Positions 1-12,800 of a stretch of DNA of 47,783 bases are shown here, piece after piece. Under the pieces are notes generated by a model. The model was not told the DNA's origin, made no database searches, and saw only the letters and a list, made by a program, of their open reading frames with translations. The DNA lies in assembly GCA_002633005.1 (NCBI GenBank), contig NMRA01000869.1:1-47783 (forward strand), in the 5' to 3' direction. This stretch comes from Phoronis australis (lineage: Eukaryota > Animalia > Phoronida). Each line of letters opens with the position of its first letter. Position 1 is the first letter of the stretch. Both the position numbers and the translations under genes were made by a program.

Positions 1-75
1 GCTGAACACGTTTACTGTTAGAATTGTAAGAATGAAGTACCACCGAATTTTACAAAACATTCCGTTCTATTTTAG

Positions 76-188
76 TTGCACAGCAAAGATTCCGCAGAAG
101 TTGTAGTGCTACCAAGTGCATGTTAGATTGCAAGAGGATAGGCAATAACGGGGGATTCTGCGGCAGTTCTGGTTGTACCTGTGGGTAG
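76..188 (+). CDS. Last coding exon of a CS-alpha-beta defensin-like antimicrobial peptide precursor (partial gene; signal-peptide exon lies outside the window)
   Basis: Acceptor ttctattttag|76 in phase 1. Translates (x)AQQRFRR-SCSATKCMLDCKRIGNNGGFCGSSGCTCG*. It has a furin-type RxRR site and cysteine spacing C-x4-C-x3-C-x9-C-x4-C-x-C with a GxC gamma-core and terminal CxC. The TAG at 186-188 is followed directly by a gtaagt donor. Too short for the ORF track. Confidence 0.85.
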
Positions 189-3100
189 GTAAGTAAACAA
201 ACTTTTCAAAACCACGTAAAATAAAATAATTGTCCTTGCTCCGCAACTAAGACGCTTTGATCAGCACCCAGCATCAACAATTTTGACATTTTTTATCCAA
301 AAGCTTCACACACTAATGTAACAACGTTAGCAATAGTCACCAATTTCTTAGTTGCGAGTGGTGCGTGATTTTGGGTCGAAGCCAACTTCTCGAACCTCAT
401 GAGTGCAATCACTTCCTGTCGACCCGAGTACCACTGCATCATTGGATCGTTGGGGCGGGAGAAAAGCGTGCACCACTTTAACGCACAAAACGGTGACTTT
501 TTGAAATATAAAACTACATGCATATTGTGTTACCGCATCAATTGTAAAAAACACAAGCTAGTGCCCATTATGCCTGTTTAACCTATCCATATCTCAGTCA
601 TACGACGGAAGGATAATGTAATATCCGCCCTCAGAAATGTCCACGTCAGTTTGTGGGGTCAAGTTAATGAGTGATGACACTGCGATGTAACGTATACAAT
701 GATGAATAGATATGAAGTTATTCTGAATTCCTCGACCCAGTGGATCTATTCTGTACTGTAAATTTAGACTCCTCTCACACTTGGACTCAGAATTTTCCTA
801 AATCGTTCGCGTACTTGAGTGTCGTTCATGAGTCTCACGTGTAATCAACTTGTTTATTATGAGCTCCTTTTTATCAATGACAAACTCTAGAAATTTAACT
901 AAACACTGAGCGTTTAGTTGAATGTAAATAAATACTGGCTTATTCCCAAATTTAAGGCGTTGTCTTAACAGTTCACTACGCATTGTTAATAATCACAGAC
1001 ACTCTAAAGTGTTTTAAAAGTCTGGTCTGTACTCCACCTGTTGGTCACATCATGTGATATATTGGACATAATTCCAAAACAATTTCTGCCCCCTACCGGG
1101 TCTCGAACGAGCTCCCCTCATTTGTCGAAGTCGGCAAAAAGGTCCACCTCAGAGAAAGAAAAAGACCAAGGGAACGAGACAAAAGTCCACTAAAAAGGCA
1201 CAAACGCGCAATTCACAATTGTGGACGTGGTGCACCATTTTTTAGTCTTTTGGATTTTTTTTTGTCTGTAAGACGTCCAGAAGGTCGGAAATTCGAGCCC
1301 CCCATATTAAAGGCTGTGTGCGCATATGTTGTGTATTTTGTTAAAGTTTCAGTTCTAGTGGTCTTTCTTTACGCGGCACAACCTAACAAGGATAGTTCTT
1401 TATTAGTGAAATTTAAATTTTGCAAGTTCACGATCATCCCAGATTAGCTGAGCAACACAAGTACATGTATACCCAAACAGTGGCACGTGCCCGGAGGTGC
1501 AAATATAGTATCCAGTCCGATCTATCATCTAATAGTTGCCATGGCAAATGAGGCAAGAAAGAGAAAACTACTCATTTATAATGTAAAAACAGATACCAAG
1601 TGAAACAACAATTTTTAAGTTACAGTTAGTAATGTCCTTTTGCTTTGTTGATGGAAAAAGCAATCAAACTGTTCAAAATAAATTTCAACAAATAATGTTT
1701 TTGATGAAGTTTAAAAAAAACATTGTTAAAACAATGCCACAGAAATGGCAGTTGAAAATTAATTCATGCTAAAATTTTGTTTTCCAGTGAAATAATAAAA
1801 GTTAGTGTCAGTTGCTAACTATAACTAACACAATTTTGGACGGAATAAAAAGCGGCATAATCAACGGGAGTAACGAAAGGTATCAACTTCTATCGACAGA
1901 GGAATAATGGTCTGCCCCCACTCAATCAACAACTGAGTGTCCCCGTGTCCCCAGGGGGCACCTTCTTGTGCTGACTCCAAAGGATAGCTGCCACTCGATT
2001 CTTACCAGGGTAATACTAAAAATAGCGCTGCATATGAAGAGTAGCGACAAAGCAACTGCAGTGAATACTGTCTGCGTTCTGCGTGCACGATGCGCAGTGA
2101 TGTGGAAAGGTTCATATTGCCTGAAACAGCCCCAAATACCGACTAAATTAAGTAACCTAAATACACTATGCATTCGTAGGGTTCTGAAAACGCTTTTGTT
2201 GTTTTAGTTTCATTACTAAATCTGGTTTTGACTATAATACAAATGAGGAGTAAACTCTACGGCAAATTCTCAATTGAAAATAAGCAGGGATCTGTTAATG
2301 TAACGTCCTTAATTTAAGGACTAAGTTCCTAATTATCTTTATTGAACTAAATGCACAGTTTTTAATTACATCATTATAATATTTCATTAGTCAAATAGTG
2401 CTTCATAGTAAAGAGAAAGGTTAAGTGTTGGAAAAAGATTAATTCTCTGAGTAAAGAACGACGCAAATACACAAAATATTTAGGTGCCTGACCCTTTTTG
2501 GATATTTTTATGCAACTGGTCACAAGCGACTTCGCAACATCGATGGAATTACTTTGTAGTAAGTTACAAAATATGTGATTTTGCTATGCTGTTCGTATTG
2601 GGCCATGTCGACACTGTTGCTGGAAATATACTCTTTGAGCTAAAACTACATGTACAACTCTGACTTGTATCAAGGAGTGTTGTATTACACTCCTTTCCTG
2701 AAAATTCATCACTCTAATTATGTGTCCATCTGCACTAAACACAAGTGTCTTTCATTTGTGCTCGGGTATATCTCTACTGTAATTGCATACATGTAATTAC
2801 TGTTTTAAACTTCATTTTCAGGCAAATGGTAGGCCAACGACATTGGTGACATTTACACAGCTAAGTAAATGTACTGACAACCAAGGCAAAATAAAAAAAG
2901 TCAAAGCAACTTCCATTTGTCTCTTTATTGCTGCATTCCTTGCACCTATGAATATCGATGGCTGCAAGTTTGGATTTTTTATTATGTTCAAAACGAGGCT
3001 GTTGCAGTGAATAGCTCAGTGGACAACTGAACATTGACTGCTTGGGAAGGTGTTGGCATCAGATTCGCCAACAAAGACATGAATTAGTTTTTGGGGATGA

Positions 3101-6075
3101 ATCTTGTGTGGAAATTTTTTGGGCTGTTCACAATGTACCGAGAGTCTAACTAGATAAGTGCGCACCAATCTGCAGCGTATATAGAAATATCATTTTTGTG
3201 CGATTGTGACAAAAAACCGTCTGTCACGGCTTTGAGAACATCTGCCATCTACAAATTGTTCTCAACAGCCTTGCTTAATCCATTCAGCGGTGGTTCGTTA
3301 AATTGAAAGAATTTACAGATTGATATTGCTTTAAACTAAGTTTAAGTGTTTTCAAGTTGGCTTGCTAGGACGTGGTTATGTAAGCACCATGCTCGAAAGA
3401 AGTGCCAATCTAATTATGCCCATAACGCACATCTCGTCTGAGTAATGGAACACGTTTAGGTCAAAGGTCATTCATCAATTATGGGAACAACCAAGTTTTA
3501 ATTCCTTTGCCGGAATGTTGGTTTACAGCCACTCTGAATAACTTGAAAAAACGGCTTAACAACTAAATACCGTGCAACCGAGTTGTGTATCTACATACAC
3601 GTAGGTACGTCATCCGTTTGTCAAAAACGACGTCTGGTAGTGTTTTCATGTTGTGTTGATCATTTTTATATTGCGTTTTTATTTAGAAGCAGATGTACCG
3701 GTTTCTATCCCGAAGCCCTGATTTTAAATTCAGTTGCTTTTTACGTTTTTGTAATCTTGAGCGTAACAGTTTTGCAAGAGGTGTTCAAATTAACACTGCT
3801 TGTATTACCATGATTTCTCAGTGCACTGCTTTATTCACAACTGTGTTCCAACACCTTTTCTTGACCGTGACACACGCTACGTACATGTTTCGGGATCATT
3901 AATTTTTACTTTCTGATTCGGGGTGCAGCTTACATTTTCGTTCCCATTCTTCGAAACTGTTTTAAAAATACTTCAATTCCAGAATTTCTTTGAAAAAAAA
4001 TTGGCTATTTCGGGCCAAAACATTCATGATGGCAATTTAAACGATTGACCCCCAACAATTGAAATAACCACGTCAACCTACCTCACTCGGAAGTATGAAC
4101 ACACGTTTAACAAGATCTTAGTCAGTGACCCCAGAGTTAACTTTCTGATGCTCTCGTAAAATGACAATTTTGTGACTTGAATAAAAAACCTGAACTCGTG
4201 GTTGACTGTCTAAAAATTTGTACAATGGCTATTGAAGGCATAATGCTTTAGAATTAAGACTAGTTGTTTACATATATTCATTATAGTACACATGTACATG
4301 TATTTACACAGAAGTATTGAAGATAGATAATATGTAGATGGGACGTCACAGTTAGATATCATCAAAATACAAATAAATAAAGTTCCTGAAAGTACAAATG
4401 ACAACGGAATATCTTACAACGCAAATAACAAGATACTTTTTAACCAGATACCTTTACTATACAAATGACAAGATATCTTTACAATACAAGTAACAAGACA
4501 CAAAACAAACACTGTGCATATTTAATTAGAAATCTATATGAAATTGTTTCGAGGAATTTTTTCAATTTGAAATTCTACAATAAAATATGTAGACCGGGTG
4601 CGTTGAAATATTTTTATTCACTAAAGAACACTCATGCTTTTTCGCATCATATACTATGTATAAGTATGCTAGTTCACTTAACTTATTCCAAAGCCTTACA
4701 TTTATCAGGAACATGAACATGACTGTATTGTAATAACGGTTCATTGATAAACATCAACAAGTATAGATACACTAGGAATAACTCTTGAAATGAACACCCT
4801 CAAATGTATAAGTACGAATTACGATTTTCTTCAACAGCCTTGTAATTTTTGAACGTTCACATGATAACAATAAACGTCATATAAATAACCCTCACTTAAC
4901 TCCATCATTTTAGGAAAATGATAGACATGCACATATTACGTGACACCTACAATATAAGAGACAAGTGCGGAAATACCACTTGCTTGAGCAATTCCAAAAT
5001 CCAGAATGTTTAATACATGTGCGTGTTGGTTAGTTGGGAATTCATTCAATACACGCATGTTTGAAGGCGATTGTCCTGCTCCAGCATTTAAAGTCACGAT
5101 TCTAAACATGGTCACGTGACGAACATTTGTAGACCTGTATATTTTCTCAACTGTACATGATAACGATGCTCATTTCCGTTCGTTTTAATTGAGAACCTCA
5201 TAAGCGGATAATGACTCAAGTCTGTTAAGTCAAAATATAATCCCAATGCTCATCCAATACAACTTACACTATGTTCAAGGTCAATAGAATTTATATTGCA
5301 TCACCACCCAAAGTAGCCAGCACTGTGAGATACAGTTGACCTATGCATTATGGGTACCCACTCAACTGTCGCCAAATGTTCAGAGGTTTCCAAGGCAACC
5401 CCGCCCACATTGAAAATTTAACAGTAAAGAACATCAACACAGAGAATTTGAGAAGTTACTATTTGTCAACATTTTCGTTATTTTTTCAATTCATCTGGTG
5501 TTCCGAAATGAAAAATGTACGGGGAAATTGTACCTTTCAATAAAGCTAAACCGTTTCTTTTCTCTGATTGTACTGCCTTTGCTATGATGGAAAAAATCCA
5601 CTCACTTGACAAACTTACTTTGACTAAGTCATCAAATATAATGAAGACCATGGAGATACATTACAACAGGTAATAAAAGAATGTGGTGAAATTCTGTAAA
5701 TTATGTAATTGCAAGGAAAATGCAATAGTAGAACATTGGAAGTCATTCCCAGTCTCAGCCCCGTAAGGGTAGATCAAATAGGACATATTGGGGAGCTCAA
5801 AATTCAGTGAAAGCTTTGACCAATATCAGATGCATGTTCTGACACATGGATGATTTTGTGACCCATACAAACCACTAGGTGTACATAGTTTATTCCCGAA
5901 AGTTTTGCCAATACACAGGAACATAGACACGATTTTTTACTTTCATAACAGACCACCAGATGTCGCCAATATTTAAAAAAAATAATTGCAGGCGGTCTGA
6001 TACACGTTGTACCACACGTGCGCAGGCCTCGCATGTCGGCCCATTGCACTTATCACCTGGAAAATATTGTTATGC

Positions 6076-6081
6076 TTTATT
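6076..6081 (-). promoter_or_regulatory. Candidate polyadenylation signal (AATAAA) of the ankyrin-protease gene
   Basis: First AATAAA seen on the minus strand after the stop codon, about 375 nt downstream. Confidence 0.45.
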
Positions 6082-6094
6082 AATATATAGTTAA

Positions 6095-6210
6095 AACCGA
6101 GCTGAGGAGCTAGAAACCTGGCTCAAGGGTTTAGCAGTGTCACCTGGTGGGACTCGAACCCACGACCTCGAGTAAAGAAAGCGGGCACTTATCAACCAGG
6201 CCACACTGCC
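6095..6210 (-). mobile_element. tRNA-derived SINE fragment
   Basis: Minus strand reads ggcagtgTGGCCTGGTTGataag...gtgGGTTCGAGTCCcacc. This has a Pol III A box (6193-6203) and B box (6150-6160) with a gtggg/cccac T-stem. The acceptor and anticodon stems do not pair, and a non-tRNA body follows (cccttgagccagg). Confidence 0.7.
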
Positions 6211-6285
6211 TCCGCTCGCAAATATTTCATCCAGTTTACAGTTTCTCTACTAACACCCGTTCCAAAAGTAATCTCCCATCTGCAA

Positions 6286-6443
6286 AGCCTGGCGTGCGTT
6301 CCGTAACGCTAGGACCTACGCTCGGACCTAGCTAAAATCTAGTCAAAGTCACGTGCTCTCATTCAAAATACACGGCCATATCTCACGTGATCGCACGAAG
6401 TCTTGCTTCTTAGCGAGGTCCTAGCGTTACTGAACGGGAGGCT
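6286..6443. mobile_element. MITE-like inverted-repeat element
   Basis: Arms 6297-6317 (cgttccgtaacgctaggacct) and 6416-6436 (reverse complement cgttcagtaacgctaggacct) match at 20 of 21 positions. Outer ends are agcct/aggct. Confidence 0.7.
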
Positions 6444-6455
6444 GGTAAACAAGTT

Positions 6456-6806
6456 TCAACAGGGTCTTCCGTTGGGGAAAATTTCCATGCAAAGCTGTGT
6501 GTCACTCTCGCTTATGGAGCCGTTCATAGAGTCGTAGATAGCCTCGATGCAAATCCCTTGTTCAATAGAACGAACGGCAATTTCATCATCCGGAACAGTA
6601 TGGAAGGGTGGAAGCGCCGGAAAAATAAACGCGTGTACTATAGCCACACTGGCATCCTGCCGCTCGTCAGCGACAAAGCCGGGACACCCGGAACTACCTT
6701 TACCAAAGTTTGAACTGGTTTTGTAAAGTGCTCTGCAACCATCATCTAACTTCGGGTAGACGTCGAAGCCAAATCTACTTTGTGACCATTGCTTTAACTC
6801 GTCATG
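6456..6806 (-). CDS. Coding exon 11 (terminal): protease C-terminal part with the catalytic Ser
   Basis: Acceptor tttatttcag|6806 in phase 0. Translates HDELKQWSQSRFGFDVYPKLDDGCRALYKTSSNFGKGSSGCPGFV...RSIEQGICIEAIYDSM...GRPC*. GSSGCP matches the GxSGxP motif. TGA at 6456-6458. Confidence 0.9.
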   Translation of the reverse strand, partial: HDELKQWSQSRFGFDVYPKLDDGCRALYKTSSNFGKGSSGCPGFVADERQDASVAIVHAFIFPALPPFHTVPDDEIAVRSIEQGICIEAIYDSMNGSISESDTQLCMEIFPNGRPC

Positions 6807-9800
6807 CTGAAATAAACAATAGTTTCTGGGCGTGAATGGTGCTTAAGGTTAGAGTTTGAAAAAGAATACATGTGTCTGTCATGTGTGGCAATTTCTTTAA
6901 ATTGTTTGAAGAAGAACCATTGGCAGTGAGTCCGCTTACAGATGTACCCCATCGTAAACCGTTCAGGGGAAAACGTCGCCCGTATTTACATACACGTACG
7001 TAATTACATTGTATCACTGAGCTTTACTAGTGTTTTACGACCGTAATCATTATACATGTAATGAAAGAGGAATTTGAAGGCGAGTTCTGAAGAAAATGAC
7101 ACGTTCGTAGTTTTACTTTCATAGTTTGAGTTCCTAAACTTACCCTTGTAATAATAAGCTCATGATTTTGCCAACAAGAGAGTACTTAGATTTAAGTCAT
7201 ACCAATCAACGAGACTACCCGCCATTGAAGTAGTATTTAGTTGATATTGTGTTGTGGTGCAAATGGTTTTTAATTCAAATGTATTGAATAAAAAATGTGC
7301 GATTTACCGACAACATTCAGAAACTCTCTTCATTACCCCCTGAAAACCAATTTGTATGAACAAAAATTCGCCTAAAACGTAATGGTGAAAAACCATGGTA
7401 ATTACACAAATAAAACATTAGAAACATTGACAGACAACCATCAAGATGTTCATTGTGCCACCTCAGTATGTACTAAAATGGCCGAAACTCAAATGCCTTT
7501 GGTGGTTGGAACATCAAGTCAAAAGTGTCAGTCAGCCTTCGATGTTTTTCAATCTATTGCACTTACATACTTCGGACCTGAGATTTTATTTTCTGAACGC
7601 TTCATATCTTGCGCAAGATTACGAGCTCACAAAGACTGCTTCAGACCTCACGTGGAGTACAAGTCAATTTCTCAATGGATTACAAGCGAACTTTCAGTCA
7701 TAATTGGGGATGAACCACATTCGTCGTGAAACACGAGTCAAGTCTCTGTCGCAATAACAAGCGACACTTCCCCCGGAACGGCCAACCATAGTATCCACCC
7801 ATCCACGGCAAAACGTGCCACACCGCTTCCTACTGGTTGACAAAAAATGTTCGATATTTGGTCATACAGATGTTAGGATCAGGATTACAGAAAATTCTTC
7901 CATATAAGGTCATGTAGATGTAGATGTGTGGTTTAAGCGTGTACCAAACTGTAACATACATGGTCAAACTGTTCCATATATGGTCCTGAATTTATTTGGA
8001 TCATGTTTGCACCAAACCGATTTGCATGAATGAGTTTTCTGTATCTTTACAAATGGTTTCGGAAATAGTTCTGAACACATTTTGGTAATGGTATCATGTA
8101 TTTATAGCAAGGCCTTCTCTGGTTTAGTTTGTGATTCATTACATGGACAGAGCAGTAAGCTTAATTTTCACACAACATTCATCTTGCACCTTACAGTGTG
8201 TTAATGTATGTGTCAGGGTCGGAAAAGCATTGAAAACAATATTTGATCATTCAAAACCACAGACTTACTTACCTTTGCGCGAAAATCACTCGTCTCCATC
8301 TGCACAACACCGCACCTGATATCAGCAACTTTAAAATCGCCGTCAGGGTGACCAGCAAAGTGAAGTTGTGTTTCTTTGTTAAGCTTCTTAAACCTACTAA
8401 GAGGTGGCGGTAGAGAGTTCAACTTCTTACAGCCTTCTACTGAGGGGGGAAGAGGTGATTGTAGGTCCAACTTCAAAACAGCCACGTCCAGATCTTCGTT
8501 AGAGTATACTAGTGAATCAACACTGCAGCCGGCAACTGACTCGAGTCCCAGCCATCTTGATTTGTCGTAATAAAAGAGCACTGCACTCTTTTTGACTGAA
8601 ACGAACAAGGTAATGACGTGTACTTTAGTACAGTGTAACAGCTTATACATGCACTGTTTACAGTATTAACTGATTAAGCATCTGAACGTGACTGTTTGGC
8701 TTCATATTTTAATAAAAGTGCTTTTAGATGTAGATCGGATGATGCCATGTATTTTTTGTTATTTTGGCATTCGATAGTAGCTCACGTCATCAAATATCAC
8801 AACGACGTCTTATTCTAATAAGTAATAATAATCAAACTCAAGAATAGACATTAGATGTGACAGGATGCAAATTATAATTTTGAAGAAAATTCTCGTTTAC
8901 CTTTTCCAACAAAAAATTAATAATATTAAGAATTCTCAACGCCATTCACTAAAACAGAGCTAAGTAATTGTGATTTTCAATGCTTCGCACTTTTGAGACG
9001 GACACACTTGAGAATTTTTTGTGGAGCTAATTCAGCTAAAACAGCATAAAAAGGAAGTCGGCCATCGACAACAAACGTATAATAAAAAATTGCCATGGCA
9101 TTTGTTGCGTAGAAGTCAAATGCTAAAATCTGAGGTACTCAAAATCGAGGAAAGACACTTACACCAACATAGAAAAACCAAAAAGCTTCAAATTTGAATT
9201 CCAGCTTTTAAAATAAAACTAACAATGTATAACATAACCATTTTCAAAAAGATTTCAAGCATGAGTGTAGTCAAATGTGACATTACAATAACCAGTGCAA
9301 ATTTCCCGTTCACAGGTAAAAGGTGTCTTTTGGTTACTGTCGTTAGCGACATAGATATTTTTGTATTTTTAGGCAAAAATCAAGCCACAATACTTGAAAA
9401 TCCCGACAAATTGAAAATATATTATGCGGAAATATACATCTCTGGTCAATTAATAAAACTGACGAAGTCCTAATTTAGGTTATTTGGATCTCGTGAGAGC
9501 AATGCCTCACCTGTCCATTCATGTACTGTATAACCTCACACTGAGATCGTGCTTGGTCTATATTACTACGATTGCTACTCAAACTCAAGTTCCCTGTATA
9601 CTCGTATATCCGCCGGTGTGTAAATTAAACTTCCAATACAGACAAGCTCTGGTCAGTTTTAACGACTTCATCGAATTTGAAATGTAGTGCTTATATCCCT
9701 CAAATCCGTATCAGGGAATTTTTGACACTCTGTTATCAGAGCAGACTATATTTACATGCTTATTTGCGTGTGACATCCAATGTGTTCTAAAGCTTGTTTA

Positions 9801-12800
9801 CTTGTAGGTATTTTTACCGTGACGGCCATCTGAAGATCAATCGCCAAAACAAGAAATCTTCATGAACCTGCTTTGAATCAATCGCAAATCGTCAGTTCTT
9901 TAACTCAAGCCCTGTCTGAGATGAGATTGAGGTAAAACGGTCACAACCAAAAACATTATTTTGACAGAACAAACACTTAAGTTAGAGACAATTTTGCTCT
10001 TTCCTCTGAAAGTAACATAACATAACACTGTGCACTTGTTCGATCTAAAGAACAGTAAATCGTAATGATTTTGTTTGTAGATTTTCACTGAAACAGTGCC
10101 AGTGCGTTTGAGGGAAGCATTTAGGCTTTCTTTGGAAATCAGGAAATGGTGGTCTTTATTTTACTCTCATTTGTAGCCTATTTAAACGGGTATTATTGGA
10201 CCTGAGCTAAATTTGGTCTGCTGGAAAACTTTTGTGAAATTAAACTCCTAGAACATCGGGAGGCATGAAAACTACTTCCAGAGGAAGATTACACTGAAAG
10301 TTTTCGTTTAATGCTAGTTGGCTTACGATTTTCTAACCCTGGAAACTGAAGAAAATGGAGTGGGCCTAGTTTGACGGCAACGTCTGGGCTAAATGCGAAA
10401 TGTTTACGCATAGTGTTCAGTAGTAGTTCACTGGTTCCTACAAGTTGTTTTAATTAAATGAAATTCAGAAATTTGACTTGTGCTCTTATCTACAGGGATA
10501 CTGAAGCGCCGACATTTTCAGAGCATATCCATGTTTAGTGGGGATTTTTGATACTTATACAGGAAGCTTTCAGGCAAGCAAAATTGACGACTGGAAGTGA
10601 TATATTTTTGAAATTTTAAGTGACAGAGAATTAGAAATTCCGTCTCATTTATCGCACCGGGGCATTCGTGAATTGATGATTTTAGGTATAAAGATGGCAT
10701 TGTTGGGCTTTCAATGTTTGCGGTGGACATGGAAAAGACATGGCTTGGTTGATTATTTTGAGAAATCCCACGAGGTGTATTTTCTTTAAGTTTTGCCCTT
10801 TTTCAGATGTCATGAGACTGTAAACAAGAGCCTTTATTGACTCAGAACAAAGATGGCATCAAAATCAGTTTCTTTATCTGTACTCTGTACTTGCCGAGTT
10901 AGCTGAAGCGATGCATACGTCGGACGTAACGCTATGCACGGATTTAAATTGAAGCAGAGAAAGGTTTCGCCGAGCGTTATTCAGTCAACAGTCCCCCAAT
11001 AAGGGTAAAAGCAACACTTACGATCATTGCCCAGTTTTTCAGCAACGTGCCAGTTGGTCATAACGTAGTCAGGGCCAACGCGGAAACCTGAACCTTTGCC
11101 AGTTTGTCCAACAATCAAAGCTACTGATGAAAAGGCTGTTGATAAAGATGTGAGGAAATGTGTTGACATCGTCTCTTTGTTCCAATCAAACGCAGGACCG
11201 AAACTACACTGGGATGGCTGTTTTCTGGAACTTGGGGCAGGAAAGTAGTCTAGAAGAAAAGAAAAAGTCAAACAAATTCCCAATATCATCTGTGACCTCT
11301 TCAGTAAACATCAAAGTGATGTGCATATCTCTATTGTTTTGTGTCACAGGTTTACCTGTCAAACACAAAACAGCCTACACATGTAATATAAGTTCGTCCA
11401 TATAAGGATATTGCAATGCCAATCTGGTGAGAAATCGAGGAAGTTGCGAGTAGATGACGTACATGTATTTGAAACCAAAGAGAAAATGCTTTGACATAAA
11501 CAGAAATTCAACTCGTGTATGAACAAATTCCGTTTCAGTTGCAGAGAACCAATTCAATCGTGCAATTTATTCTGTTTTTTATATTTCAGCATAGACCAGT
11601 TCGATATCTGGACCGTCGTCAAGATTTGAAACCAATTGAGGCCCTTTTGCAAACTTGTGACACTCTGTATTGACCTGGACTCGGATTGTATCAGATGCAA
11701 AACAAAACTACATGTAGGTATGGTGGTAATTAACCCACCGATTACAATTAGAAATGACGCCAAACTTGAGCGTTGTTTATTTGACATGTTTTAAGTGACT
11801 TGGTTTGTGAGGACAGATTCAGAAATAAAATAATGTATTAAACAAAAACAGCTTCTTAATGTATTTGGCATGTCTTCCATGTTATTTCAGAATCGTTGAT
11901 CTGACTGATGGGCCATCTGATATATAATGAACTTAGCTAATTACGAACTACAACACCAGCTATTAGAACACCACATACTCAGTCGTATACAGATGAATGT
12001 TTAGAACCAGAACACTGAACAACACAATTATCGAATGCAGTCGCTGAACAAGTAAAATAAATTCATGCAGATTGACCTGTAAATGAACCGCTGCCGACAG
12101 TGTTAACCACACAGTGACATTTGAAATCCCTAATTATCAGTCGTAGAACAGTTTGGATCAACTGCTTCCATACACACTGAACTGAACCGAATTTGAGGTA
12201 ACAACATCTCATTTAGTGCATTAGTTGAATAGTACTTGGTAATGTACGATTTGGAAGCGTTATGCTTACAAATTAGAATTCGTAGTTCGTAAATAGTGAA
12301 GTTTACATTTTAAGATTGTGGGTAAATAGTATAAAGCTAATATGTAAGACTTATATTCATATACCTGATAGCCTGATGTCAACACCCTGAATACCCAGTT
12401 CACTTTCCTCTCGTCGCTGTGCTCTTATGTTTATATCTACCCAACCCTCGGGTACTCTTGCCCCCGTGGACCGTAAGTAGTGCATAACAGATCTTCCCAA
12501 CTCTAAAGATGGATCAGCAGTGGGTGCGACTTTTGCTTCAGCTCCCTCAGCAGAACTCGCGCGTTTTTGTCCCTGCCTTTCTTTCTTTTGATTCTATAAC
12601 CAATGGCAAAAGAACTGCAATAGGTATAGTCAATTAATTACACCACTTATTTTACCATCAGCTTTCATTATTCATACAACTTCGAGGAGCAACGGATAAA
12701 AATCATGAAATTCGTAAAAGTTCATTCACGACCATTGGCCACTTAATGAGTACCGTTTACTCCCCGCAAACAATAAGAGCATTGACAAAATAGTTAATTT

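Noticed and set aside
1086-1110. B-box-like sequence (gttcgagacccgg on the minus strand)
   Set aside because: No A box or cloverleaf nearby; too little to call a tRNA or SINE.
6138-6210. Functional tRNA gene
   Set aside because: A and B boxes are present, but the acceptor and anticodon stems do not pair; better explained as a SINE head.
7382-7729. 115-aa plus-strand ORF inside intron 10
   Set aside because: No recognisable motif or splice context; compatible with chance or a degraded repeat.
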